A stretch of 15,593 nt of DNA from a virus. This document shows, in pieces, positions 7,329-12,752 of the stretch; the first letter of the stretch is position 1; each line of letters opens with the position of its first letter. Below the pieces are notes generated by a model. The model saw only the letters and a program-made list of their open reading frames with translations, did no database searches and had not been told where the DNA came from. The position numbers were made by a program, and so were the translations under genes. The stretch is taken from the UHGV virus genome UHGV-0078853; one strand, given 5' to 3'.

Positions 7329-7563
7329 ACGCTTTACCGCATTTTAAGCATGTGGCTCGATGCACCCCATCAACTAAATGCAGGCGGTAATCATGCTCGC
7401 AGGCGTTCATCTTTTCCTCTTCTCCTCTCAACAACATGAGAAGAACCTTAAATGCGGCTAACTGGTACTCACCGTTAATTGACAGTTGCCCGCCTAACGT
7501 CTGTTTCTCCGACTCAAGCACCAGAATACGGCGCTCGAGCGATGCGATTGTGATTTTAGGCAT
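7315..7563 (-). CDS. hypothetical protein with C-terminal Cys/His cluster (82 aa)
   Basis: Start ATG 7563 with AAAGGTGA Shine-Dalgarno; C-terminus CEHDYRLHLVDGVHRATCLKCGK suggests a small zinc ribbon. Confidence 0.5.
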   Translation of the reverse strand: MPKITIASLERRILVLESEKQTLGGQLSINGEYQLAAFKVLLMLLRGEEEKMNACEHDYRLHLVDGVHRATCLKCGKAYESA

Positions 7564-7741
7564 TGGTGTCACCTTTGTTCAGGTTGAAGCGGTTAATCAG
7601 TTCACGGCGTGTCTCGTATAGCGACTCAACCATTTGCTCGGCTACCGCGATTTTAGTATTCAGGACGTACATCACGTGCCCGATGTCTACGCAGCCGTCA
7701 ACGGCCTCTACCATCATCTTTTCATATTCGCGGTCAGTCAT
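7556..7741 (-). CDS. hypothetical protein (61 aa)
   Basis: Start ATG 7741 overlaps the upstream stop inside the repeated GGAGAGAAGAAATGA junction. Confidence 0.5.
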   Translation of the reverse strand: MTDREYEKMMVEAVDGCVDIGHVMYVLNTKIAVAEQMVESLYETRRELINRFNLNKGDTNA

Positions 7742-7752
7742 TTCTTCTCTCC
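7738..7752 (-). repeat. 15-bp junction repeat (minus strand GGAGAGAAGAAATGA), copy 1
   Basis: Exact 15-mer also present at 7890-7904; each spans a Shine-Dalgarno, the last codons GEKK, and an overlapping stop/start. Confidence 0.85.
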
Positions 7753-7893
7753 CCACATGCGATTGAGATACTTGTTCTTGTCCGGCCCAGGGAAACTGTT
7801 ACGTTTCATCAGTTCCTCGCGTGTCGGGAACGGAGTGTGACTTACTTTACGACCTACGCGTAACGGTTGGCTTATCTGACCTTGTTCGCTCAT
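7738..7893 (-). CDS. hypothetical small protein (51 aa)
   Basis: Hand-translated MSEQGQISQPLRVGRK...NRMWGEKK; start and stop both sit in copies of the GGAGAGAAGAAATGA junction. Confidence 0.4.
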   Translation of the reverse strand: MSEQGQISQPLRVGRKVSHTPFPTREELMKRNSFPGPDKNKYLNRMWGEKK

Positions 7894-7904
7894 TTCTTCT
7901 CTCC
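7890..7904 (-). repeat. 15-bp junction repeat (minus strand GGAGAGAAGAAATGA), copy 2
   Basis: Exact match to 7738-7752. Confidence 0.85.
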
Positions 7905-8039
7905 TGCATAAGCTGCTTTCAGTGTCTGCATCGCGGCGAACCAGAACGCGTCCGCAGGAATGCTGTTGCTCAGGTTACTAACGGCGATGCGTGCCATCAG
8001 TTGCGCATCTTTGAATGCTTCGGTATCTGTGATTTTCAT
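7890..8039 (-). CDS. hypothetical small protein (49 aa)
   Basis: ATG 8039 preceded by GGAGTGGAGAAG; first gene after the promoter at 8073-8101; ends in the GEKK/ATGA junction. Confidence 0.4.
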   Translation of the reverse strand: MKITDTEAFKDAQLMARIAVSNLSNSIPADAFWFAAMQTLKAAYAGEKK

Positions 8040-8072
8040 CTTCTCCACTCCGTTCTCGTTGTCGATGGAGTA

Positions 8073-8101
8073 AATATAGTAGGGTCTAGGGTAGTAGTCA
8101 A
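8073..8101 (-). promoter_or_regulatory. near-consensus sigma70-type promoter (TTGACT-N17-TATATT, minus strand)
   Basis: Minus-strand -35 TTGACT at 8101-8096 and -10 TATATT at 8078-8073 with a 17-nt spacer; about 35 nt upstream of the ATG at 8039. Confidence 0.6.
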
Positions 8102-8123
8102 CTAGTCATTGCGGAAGATAGAT

Positions 8124-8155
8124 AAAAAAAATCCCGGCTGGGTCAGGGCCGGGAT
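8124..8155 (-). terminator. strong rho-independent terminator ending the lysis operon
   Basis: 8-bp stem ATCCCGGC/GCCGGGAT with a 9-nt loop, followed on the minus strand by eight U residues (plus-strand A-run 8124-8131). Confidence 0.8.
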
Positions 8156-8219
8156 GAAACTGGAGAGCAGAGGGATGGAGCAGGAGGTGATTTAAGTATC
8201 GTCGGATTAGTCTTAGGTG

Positions 8220-8297
8220 TCAACCTTCGCCGTAACCGACCTGCTCGTCAATATCGTCACGAGATTTAACTGGGTTGGTGAACTCTTGCAGTGCCAT
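8220..8297 (-). CDS. possible 25-aa micro-ORF downstream of endolysin
   Basis: ATG 8297 with a GGAGG Shine-Dalgarno 5 nt upstream; translation MALQEFTNPVKSRDDIDEQVGYGEG; no other support. Confidence 0.25.
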   Translation of the reverse strand: MALQEFTNPVKSRDDIDEQVGYGEG

Positions 8298-8366
8298 AAC
8301 GGCCTCCATTGGCAAATACGAAAAACTTGGCCTAACCAGAATACTAAACGCCTTCGTATTCGTCCA

Positions 8367-8852
8367 TCATTTAACTGCCCTCCCGATAGCTTCAGCCTCT
8401 CGCCACGGTTTACCGTCGAACAGCGCCAGACGCCCGGCGGTACGGCGACGCAGGCCAAGTAGTGGTTTGCCGTTCTGGTTGATGAACAGCGCCAGCTTAG
8501 CCCGCAGTGTTGCAGTATCACCAGAACGCAGTGCCTTGCCTGTGCCCGTAGTAGACGCAATCACGCCAGCACCTGCGTTATACACCAGGTCACACACCGC
8601 ATCGAACTGTGCCTGTGTAAGCGAATGGTGCGCCGCGGCATCAACCGCAGCTACGGCTTTAGACATATCGCGATTCAGTAACAGGAGGCCTTGCCCCGGG
8701 GTGATGGTCTTACCCGGGGTTACGTCCGGTCCGTAGTGCCCGTAGCCAATAGTCAGGTACTTCTCGTTCGACGTAGCACGATACGCAGTTCCGCAGAAAG
8801 TCTCCCATGCGGCGGTAAAATGCAATCCATTATCTGAAATGTTTCGAGACAC
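8367..8852 (-). CDS. endolysin, phage lysozyme (GH24, T4 e-like fold)
   Basis: Motifs YLTIGYGHYG and FDAVCDLVYNAGAG are typical of phage lysozymes. Most plausible start is GTG 8852 preceded by GGAGGG (7-nt spacer); the track ORF extends to 8903. Confidence 0.8.
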   Translation of the reverse strand: MSRNISDNGLHFTAAWETFCGTAYRATSNEKYLTIGYGHYGPDVTPGKTITPGQGLLLLNRDMSKAVAAVDAAAHHSLTQAQFDAVCDLVYNAGAGVIASTTGTGKALRSGDTATLRAKLALFINQNGKPLLGLRRRTAGRLALFDGKPWREAEAIGRAVK

Positions 8853-9102
8853 GCTTATGCCCTCCGTATGACAGCCACGCCTGGCGAATCTGGCGCAGCG
8901 CAACTAATGTGATTAATGTCTCAGGCAGCGTTGGTGACATGCTGCCCTGTAACAGGTGGATACATCCGGCAGCGCAGACGATAGCAGTCAGGATATAGTG
9001 CACCCGACCAAATAGCCCGTCATCCACGCTCGGATGGTATACATTAAACAGCGATGTGCCGCCGATTGCCAGCATACCGCCGAACCAGAATAACTCATTC
9101 AT
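8830..9102 (-). CDS. holin-like membrane protein (2 predicted TMDs, 90 aa)
   Basis: ATG 9102 with a GGAGG Shine-Dalgarno 5 nt upstream, overlapping the last codons of the upstream holin; two hydrophobic segments and a basic C-terminus. The track ORF (8830-9282) starts too far upstream. Confidence 0.55.
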   Translation of the reverse strand: MNELFWFGGMLAIGGTSLFNVYHPSVDDGLFGRVHYILTAIVCAAGCIHLLQGSMSPTLPETLITLVALRQIRQAWLSYGGHKRVSKHFR

Positions 9103-9403
9103 CTGTGCCTCCTCGACGCGCGATGTATTCTCCAGCGACGATACTGGAGAGACGGGAATAGATAGGCATCCAGAGAATAGCGATGATGAAGCCAAGGCCA
9201 GCGATTTCACGGTCGCCCGCGATACCGAACCATTGAGCCGCGAGAGGTGCGCCAAATACAGCGCAGGCGAAACCAGTAGCAATAAAGCAGAATCCGTCGA
9301 TAGGGCCAGAAATAACGGACTTATGTTGTCGTAGTCCGATGACCCCTCCGGCGAGCGCGGCGGCGAGAAGCCAGCCTGTCACTGTTTCAGTAAATTTATC
9401 CAA
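9095..9403 (-). CDS. holin (3 predicted TMDs, 102 aa), TTG start
   Basis: Three hydrophobic segments and a charged C-terminus (ARRGGTDE). The only in-frame start is TTG 9403, preceded by GGAGGA. First gene of the lysis cassette, upstream of the endolysin. Confidence 0.6.
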   Translation of the reverse strand: MDKFTETVTGWLLAAALAGGVIGLRQHKSVISGPIDGFCFIATGFACAVFGAPLAAQWFGIAGDREIAGLGFIIAILWMPIYSRLSSIVAGEYIARRGGTDE

Positions 9404-9410
9404 GATGAAT

Positions 9411-9446
9411 CCTCCAGGTGCGTATTAAGTACGCAGTAACTGGAGG
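9411..9446 (-). promoter_or_regulatory. interrupted hairpin sequestering the holin Shine-Dalgarno
   Basis: CCTCCAG (9411-9417) pairs with CTGGAGG (9440-9446), with an inner 6-bp stem 9419-9424/9430-9435. On the minus-strand mRNA the holin GGAGG lies in the 3' arm. Confidence 0.45.
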
Positions 9447-9478
9447 ATACCACGGGTAGGAATTATCTTAATAACGGT

Positions 9479-9772
9479 TTATTTATGCCGCCGGATGTAT
9501 TGTCGTCTCTGTGGTTTCGTCGGAATATCATCGTATCCCTGCGATTTCCAGTAATTAAATAACCGATTAGCGATAGCGGCGCGTTCTTGTGTTTTGAACT
9601 CACCGAGATTAACAGCCTTCCCGTTCTGGAATCCACAGGCGCGGATAGCTTTGCGTCTGGTCTGAATCTCCGGGTACAGCGCATTACGGCGGCGCTTGTA
9701 TATCTGTGTTTTAGCTCTCGGCGACAGCGGCGCAAGGCCGCTTCGTTTCAGGATGTCAGTTGCCAGGCTCAT
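9479..9772 (-). CDS. small basic DNA-binding protein, possible AP2-like domain
   Basis: Segment RKAIRACGFQNGKAVNLGEFKTQERAAIANRLFNYW resembles the AP2/ERF-type core (LG-F-T-EE-AA-A) seen in phage AP2 proteins; ATG 9772 overlaps the upstream stop as ATGA. Confidence 0.4.
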   Translation of the reverse strand: MSLATDILKRSGLAPLSPRAKTQIYKRRRNALYPEIQTRRKAIRACGFQNGKAVNLGEFKTQERAAIANRLFNYWKSQGYDDIPTKPQRRQYIRRHK

Positions 9773-9948
9773 AGGTCCAGAATCTCGCGCGCCAATTCAT
9801 CCGTCTTCCAGTCGCACGGACTGTTTACTACCTGCTTAGCAAGCTCACGCAGTTTACGTTCAAGCTCCGCGTAGTCTTCGTATAGGACCCAGCGCCCTTC
9901 CGCGCCCTGAAACATATCGCCGTGGTCGTTTTCGTATCTCTGCACCAT
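9769..9948 (-). CDS. hypothetical small protein, tandem paralog 2 (59 aa)
   Basis: Start ATG 9948 with a GGAG-type Shine-Dalgarno. N-terminus MVQRYENDHGDMFQGAEGRWVLYEDYAELERKL parallels the upstream gene. Confidence 0.5.
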   Translation of the reverse strand: MVQRYENDHGDMFQGAEGRWVLYEDYAELERKLRELAKQVVNSPCDWKTDELAREILDL

Positions 9949-10130
9949 CACTCCACCCCTTCCACATGTGTAACTGACCCACAGTTCGCGCACTCGATGT
10001 AATCCGGGAACTGGTCTTTGTATTTCTGTAACTCAGCTTCGAGTTTCGCGTAATCTTCGTAAAGCACTAACACGCCCTCAACATCAGGAGTAAACCCGAA
10101 TATCTGGTCGTAGGTATATCTCTGTACCAT
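9948..10130 (-). CDS. hypothetical small protein, tandem paralog 1 (60 aa)
   Basis: Start ATG 10130 with an AGGAGA Shine-Dalgarno 7 nt upstream. N-terminus MVQRYTYDQIFGFTPDVEGVLVLYEDYAKLEAEL; C-terminus has a CANCG motif. Confidence 0.5.
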   Translation of the reverse strand: MVQRYTYDQIFGFTPDVEGVLVLYEDYAKLEAELQKYKDQFPDYIECANCGSVTHVEGVE

Positions 10131-10132
10131 AA

Positions 10133-10336
10133 TCACTTCTCCTGATTGCCAAGTCGCTTAGGTGAGCAGATAGCGCGTACCTCCGAATCGTTGGGTTTGT
10201 CACCCTGAAACAGAAAGTGCGCGTTCTCTGCGGCGCGTGCCGCTGACTGGCACGCCTCCATCGAATAAAACGTTTCCGATGCCGCTAGTTGCATCTGGCC
10301 CGCCGACAGTACCCAGATAAATAAGATGCTGGTCAT
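10133..10336 (-). CDS. small membrane or secreted peptide (67 aa)
   Basis: ATG 10336 overlaps the upstream stop (TGATG). Hydrophobic N-terminus MTSILFIWVLSAGQMQLAAS followed by a short soluble region with two Cys. Confidence 0.4.
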   Translation of the reverse strand: MTSILFIWVLSAGQMQLAASETFYSMEACQSAARAAENAHFLFQGDKPNDSEVRAICSPKRLGNQEK

Positions 10337-10881
10337 CAGAAGTATTCCCCGCACGTTTTACATACTTTCGTACCGAACGGCGCGGAGCCACCTGTTATTA
10401 CATAATAGAAACTGTGTTTGCACTCCTGTGTACAGGCTGTTGCCCCATACTCAAGTCCGTCCCACTCACGCTTGCCGCATTCGCAGCAAAACCGGCTACC
10501 GGGCACGTTGTCCTTGTGGCCTTCGGCAATAAACAATCCTGGAGTGATAATCCAATTGTGGTCACATTCCTGCGTATCTTCTTTTCGGCAACCAGATTGC
10601 TCCGAACCGTACGCACCTTTGCGGATAAGTTTGTATGCCTCCACGTCACCAGTAGCCTCGACCAATGCCAGATGCAACTCCTTAACTTGCCCTGTCAGGT
10701 GCGATATGTGCTCAGATTTCTTAATGTTGTCTTCCCGCAACTCCTTAATCTGCGCCGACGCATCACGTAACTGATTCTTAAGTGACTGCACCTCATGCGC
10801 CAGGTCTTCGCTCCGGCTGTTATTTACCTGCTGCCGTAGCTGGTAGATCAGGTACTCGAATATTTCGTTTTTGTTACTCAT
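10336..10881 (-). CDS. coiled-coil protein with C-terminal Cys/His-rich (zinc-binding-like) domain (181 aa)
   Basis: Start ATG 10881 (MSNKNEIF...) with an AAGGGG Shine-Dalgarno. N-terminal half is heptad-like and charged; C-terminal half has CDHNW, CCECG, CTQECKH and CKTCG clusters. Confidence 0.6.
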   Translation of the reverse strand: MSNKNEIFEYLIYQLRQQVNNSRSEDLAHEVQSLKNQLRDASAQIKELREDNIKKSEHISHLTGQVKELHLALVEATGDVEAYKLIRKGAYGSEQSGCRKEDTQECDHNWIITPGLFIAEGHKDNVPGSRFCCECGKREWDGLEYGATACTQECKHSFYYVITGGSAPFGTKVCKTCGEYF

Positions 10882-11011
10882 CAGCTTCACCCCTTTTCTC
10901 ATCCACCCCGACTAGCAGCGATTTAGTGTCGCCGTCACACACCGAAGTGCTACTAATTATTTCGTAAGCGTCTACCAGTTCGCCTAAAGTCCAGCTACCG
11001 TACCGGCCCAT
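10874..11011 (-). CDS. hypothetical micro-protein (45 aa)
   Basis: ATG 11011 preceded by an AGGAG Shine-Dalgarno; its stop overlaps the start of the downstream gene; hand-translated. Confidence 0.3.
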   Translation of the reverse strand: MGRYGSWTLGELVDAYEIISSTSVCDGDTKSLLVGVDEKRGEADE

Positions 11012-11041
11012 CTCTGTCTCTCCTCTCGCTTGTGTAAATGA

Positions 11042-11070
11042 ATAGTAGCCTATTCTATCTTAGTGTGCAA
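11042..11070 (-). promoter_or_regulatory. internal promoter, TTGCAC-N17-TACTAT family (minus strand)
   Basis: Minus-strand -35 TTGCAC at 11070-11065 and -10 TACTAT at 11047-11042; same hexamers, spacing and flanking AATAGGnTACTATTCA as the promoter at 12335-12363. Confidence 0.45.
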
Positions 11071-11076
11071 GTAAAT

Positions 11077-11250
11077 TTATTGGTGTGTTATGGAGTCGAT
11101 GAATGCCAGTAACTCCCTTTCCGCTTCTGCCTCTCTTTCTTCAAGCGACCAGGTAGCGGATTCCTCTGTCGCCGTTGCTAAATCGGTTTTCGCATCAACC
11201 ATCGTGTCGATTAACGTGATTAGTCGTTCAGCCTGTTCTTTAGTAATCAT
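11077..11250 (-). CDS. hypothetical small acidic protein (57 aa)
   Basis: ATG 11250 with an AGGAGA Shine-Dalgarno 7 nt upstream; below the track size cut-off. Confidence 0.4.
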   Translation of the reverse strand: MITKEQAERLITLIDTMVDAKTDLATATEESATWSLEEREAEAERELLAFIDSITHQ

Positions 11251-11384
11251 TGTTGCATCTCCTGCAATAGTCGCTTCGATTGTTGCGTTTGATGAAAGTG
11301 TCGCCTTTTGACGACACTAAGTTAAAGTTGTACGCTGCTGTGTGGCAGCGTAAGTCACTCAGTAAAATCCCAAACTATTGAACA

Positions 11385-11585
11385 TCACACTTCTGGCGGC
11401 TCGGGTAACGGCATCCAGTGCGTCACGTACTTATCGTAGTGATTCCAGAAAGGCTTTCTCCCGTCATCAGGAACTATGTAATAATCGTGCTGAACTGCGT
11501 TATTTAACGTTTCATACACCAGGAACTCTTTATCCGTATACCCATTACCCGGCAGCATCTCACTACACTTAATCCACTCACCCAT
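11385..11585 (-). CDS. DUF551-like phage protein (66 aa)
   Basis: N-terminal WIKCSEMLPG and C-terminal VTHWMPLPEPP match the DUF551 pattern common in phage early regions; ATG 11585 with an AGAGGTG Shine-Dalgarno. Confidence 0.65.
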   Translation of the reverse strand: MGEWIKCSEMLPGNGYTDKEFLVYETLNNAVQHDYYIVPDDGRKPFWNHYDKYVTHWMPLPEPPEV

Positions 11586-11733
11586 ACCTCACACCTCTTT
11601 CAATCAAGGATTGCACACCAGCTTTCCACGCCCGCCACGCGAGACGCGTCTTAACGTTCAGGTACTCTTTCTTTGAACCCTTGTTAACCGGCAGACCCTC
11701 GACCACAGCCCACCGTTCAAATGCTTCTCTCAT
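11578..11733 (-). CDS. hypothetical small protein (51 aa)
   Basis: ATG 11733 overlaps the upstream stop (ATGA); translation MREAFERWAVVEGLPVNKGSKKEYLNVKTRLAWRAWKAG...; stop overlaps the next start. Confidence 0.4.
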   Translation of the reverse strand: MREAFERWAVVEGLPVNKGSKKEYLNVKTRLAWRAWKAGVQSLIERGVRYG

Positions 11734-11908
11734 ACCAGAACCTCACATTCATCCAGATACACGAACAATAACGACCCTTTGTACTCAATCATAAAACCAT
11801 AATGGTTGATGCTGAACGCCGGAAAAACATCACCTACCGAGATACCGAAATCTATAAGCCTGCGGTCAGTTATACGGACAAGCCTGCGGTCAGTTATACG
11901 GATTCGCA
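11730..11908 (-). CDS. hypothetical protein with internal 8-aa tandem duplication (59 aa)
   Basis: Likely start ATG 11908 (GGGAGG upstream); N-terminus MRIRITDRRLVRITDRRLIDFG encoded by a 24-bp tandem repeat. Confidence 0.5.
11857..11904. repeat. 24-bp tandem direct repeat, 2 copies (22/24 identical)
   Basis: agcctgcggtcagttatacggaca followed immediately by agcctgcggtcagttatacggatt; in-frame within the CDS 11730-11908. Confidence 0.9.
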
Positions 11909-12109
11909 TTAACGGCAACCTCCCTCAGAGTCGTCGGCACAAGCATCACGATTCGATGCCGTTTTGATTGCCTGTAAGCTATTTAGCATTTGCTGGCTAT
12001 CCATCGTAATAATTGTAATCCCGTCTGATAAATGCACCTCGTAGCGTTCAGCTACGAAATATATTTCCTCGAAATCATGATGTTTCAGTTCTTCAAATAA
12101 TTCTTCCAT
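11909..12109 (-). CDS. hypothetical acidic protein (66 aa)
   Basis: ATG 12109 with an AAGGGG Shine-Dalgarno; overlaps the upstream stop (TGATG). Confidence 0.5.
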   Translation of the reverse strand: MEELFEELKHHDFEEIYFVAERYEVHLSDGITIITMDSQQMLNSLQAIKTASNRDACADDSEGGCR

Positions 12110-12300
12110 CACTTCGCCCCTTTAAATTTAAAATTGTTGCCGATGAGTTTTAAGTTCTCCTCTTCTACGTATATTTGTGAATTTACCCCTCTCACCTTTT
12201 GCACGGTCACTACGTACTCACCGGGAAATAAATTAGATTTTAATTCAATTATGCCGTGTTCACCGTCGGCGCATTTAACCAACTGACCATTCTTAAACAT
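12109..12300 (-). CDS. hypothetical protein (63 aa), first gene of the leftward early operon
   Basis: ATG 12300 (or GTG 12309) with a GGAG Shine-Dalgarno; translation MFKNGQLVKCADGEHGIIELKSN... Confidence 0.5.
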   Translation of the reverse strand: MFKNGQLVKCADGEHGIIELKSNLFPGEYVVTVQKVRGVNSQIYVEEENLKLIGNNFKFKGAK

Positions 12301-12334
12301 AACCCTCACTCCTCTGTCTCGTTCCGATAAGTGA

Positions 12335-12363
12335 ATAGTATCCTATTATGTTGGGGCGTGCAA
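12335..12363 (-). promoter_or_regulatory. promoter proximal to the early-left operon, TTGCAC-N17-TACTAT (minus strand)
   Basis: Minus-strand -35 TTGCAC at 12363-12358 and -10 TACTAT at 12340-12335; dyad AATAG-N4-CTATT overlaps the -10. Confidence 0.5.
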
Positions 12364-12422
12364 GAGATTAGTTACGTTGCCGTTGTGATTCTTTCGTTTC
12401 TTAAAGGAGTACGCAACGCAGT

Positions 12423-12442
12423 GGGTGGGCGTTAGCCCACCC
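12423..12442. promoter_or_regulatory. stable GC hairpin GGGTGGGC-gtta-GCCCACCC in the early-left leader
   Basis: 8-bp perfect stem with no adjacent U-tract on either strand; lies between element B and the proximal promoter. Confidence 0.45.
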
Positions 12443-12483
12443 CAGCGGAGTGAAGTACTCTCTACCTCACTCACTCACGGCAA

Positions 12484-12680
12484 CTATAGAAACTTTTAAT
12501 TATCAGTGACTTGGGTATTTAGGCGGGATTAACAATAGACTTTGGCCCTTCCGAAAGCGCCAGCGGAACTACACTCAAGTGCCTAATGGCACGCGTTGCG
12601 TTCCCTGCCGCTCCGCGGTCGCTTGCGATATCTCACAAGCTCAGTGAAGCTTAGCATATTTTTAAGTAAAAGTCAATACT
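12484..12680 (-). repeat. copy B of the conserved promoter-leader element
   Basis: See 1216-1408; same blocks in the same order and orientation. Confidence 0.8.
12648..12676 (-). promoter_or_regulatory. putative promoter inside element B (TTGACT-N17-TAAGCT, minus strand)
   Basis: Minus-strand -35 at 12676-12671 and -10 at 12653-12648; identical architecture to the copy-A promoter. Confidence 0.4.
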
Positions 12681-12723
12681 AGTAGCATCTTTTGTATCTT
12701 AGTAACTTTGTGTGGTGTTTTGG

Positions 12724-12752
12724 TTGCTTTTACAAAGTTACCGCCTTATACT
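12724..12752 (+). promoter_or_regulatory. putative rightward promoter for the replication operon (TTGCTT-N17-TATACT)
   Basis: -35 at 12724-12729 and -10 at 12747-12752; AGGAGA Shine-Dalgarno and ATG 12782 lie downstream. Confidence 0.45.

Noticed and set aside
8213-8736. Minus ORF 8213-8560 and plus ORF 8275-8736 overlapping the endolysin
   Set aside because: Alternative frames of the endolysin locus; the endolysin frame carries recognisable lysozyme motifs and a GGAGGG-GTG start, while these do not.
9463-9735. Minus ORF in an alternative frame of the AP2-like gene
   Set aside because: Overlaps 9479-9772 almost entirely; the chosen frame has the ATGA-coupled start and a recognisable DNA-binding motif.
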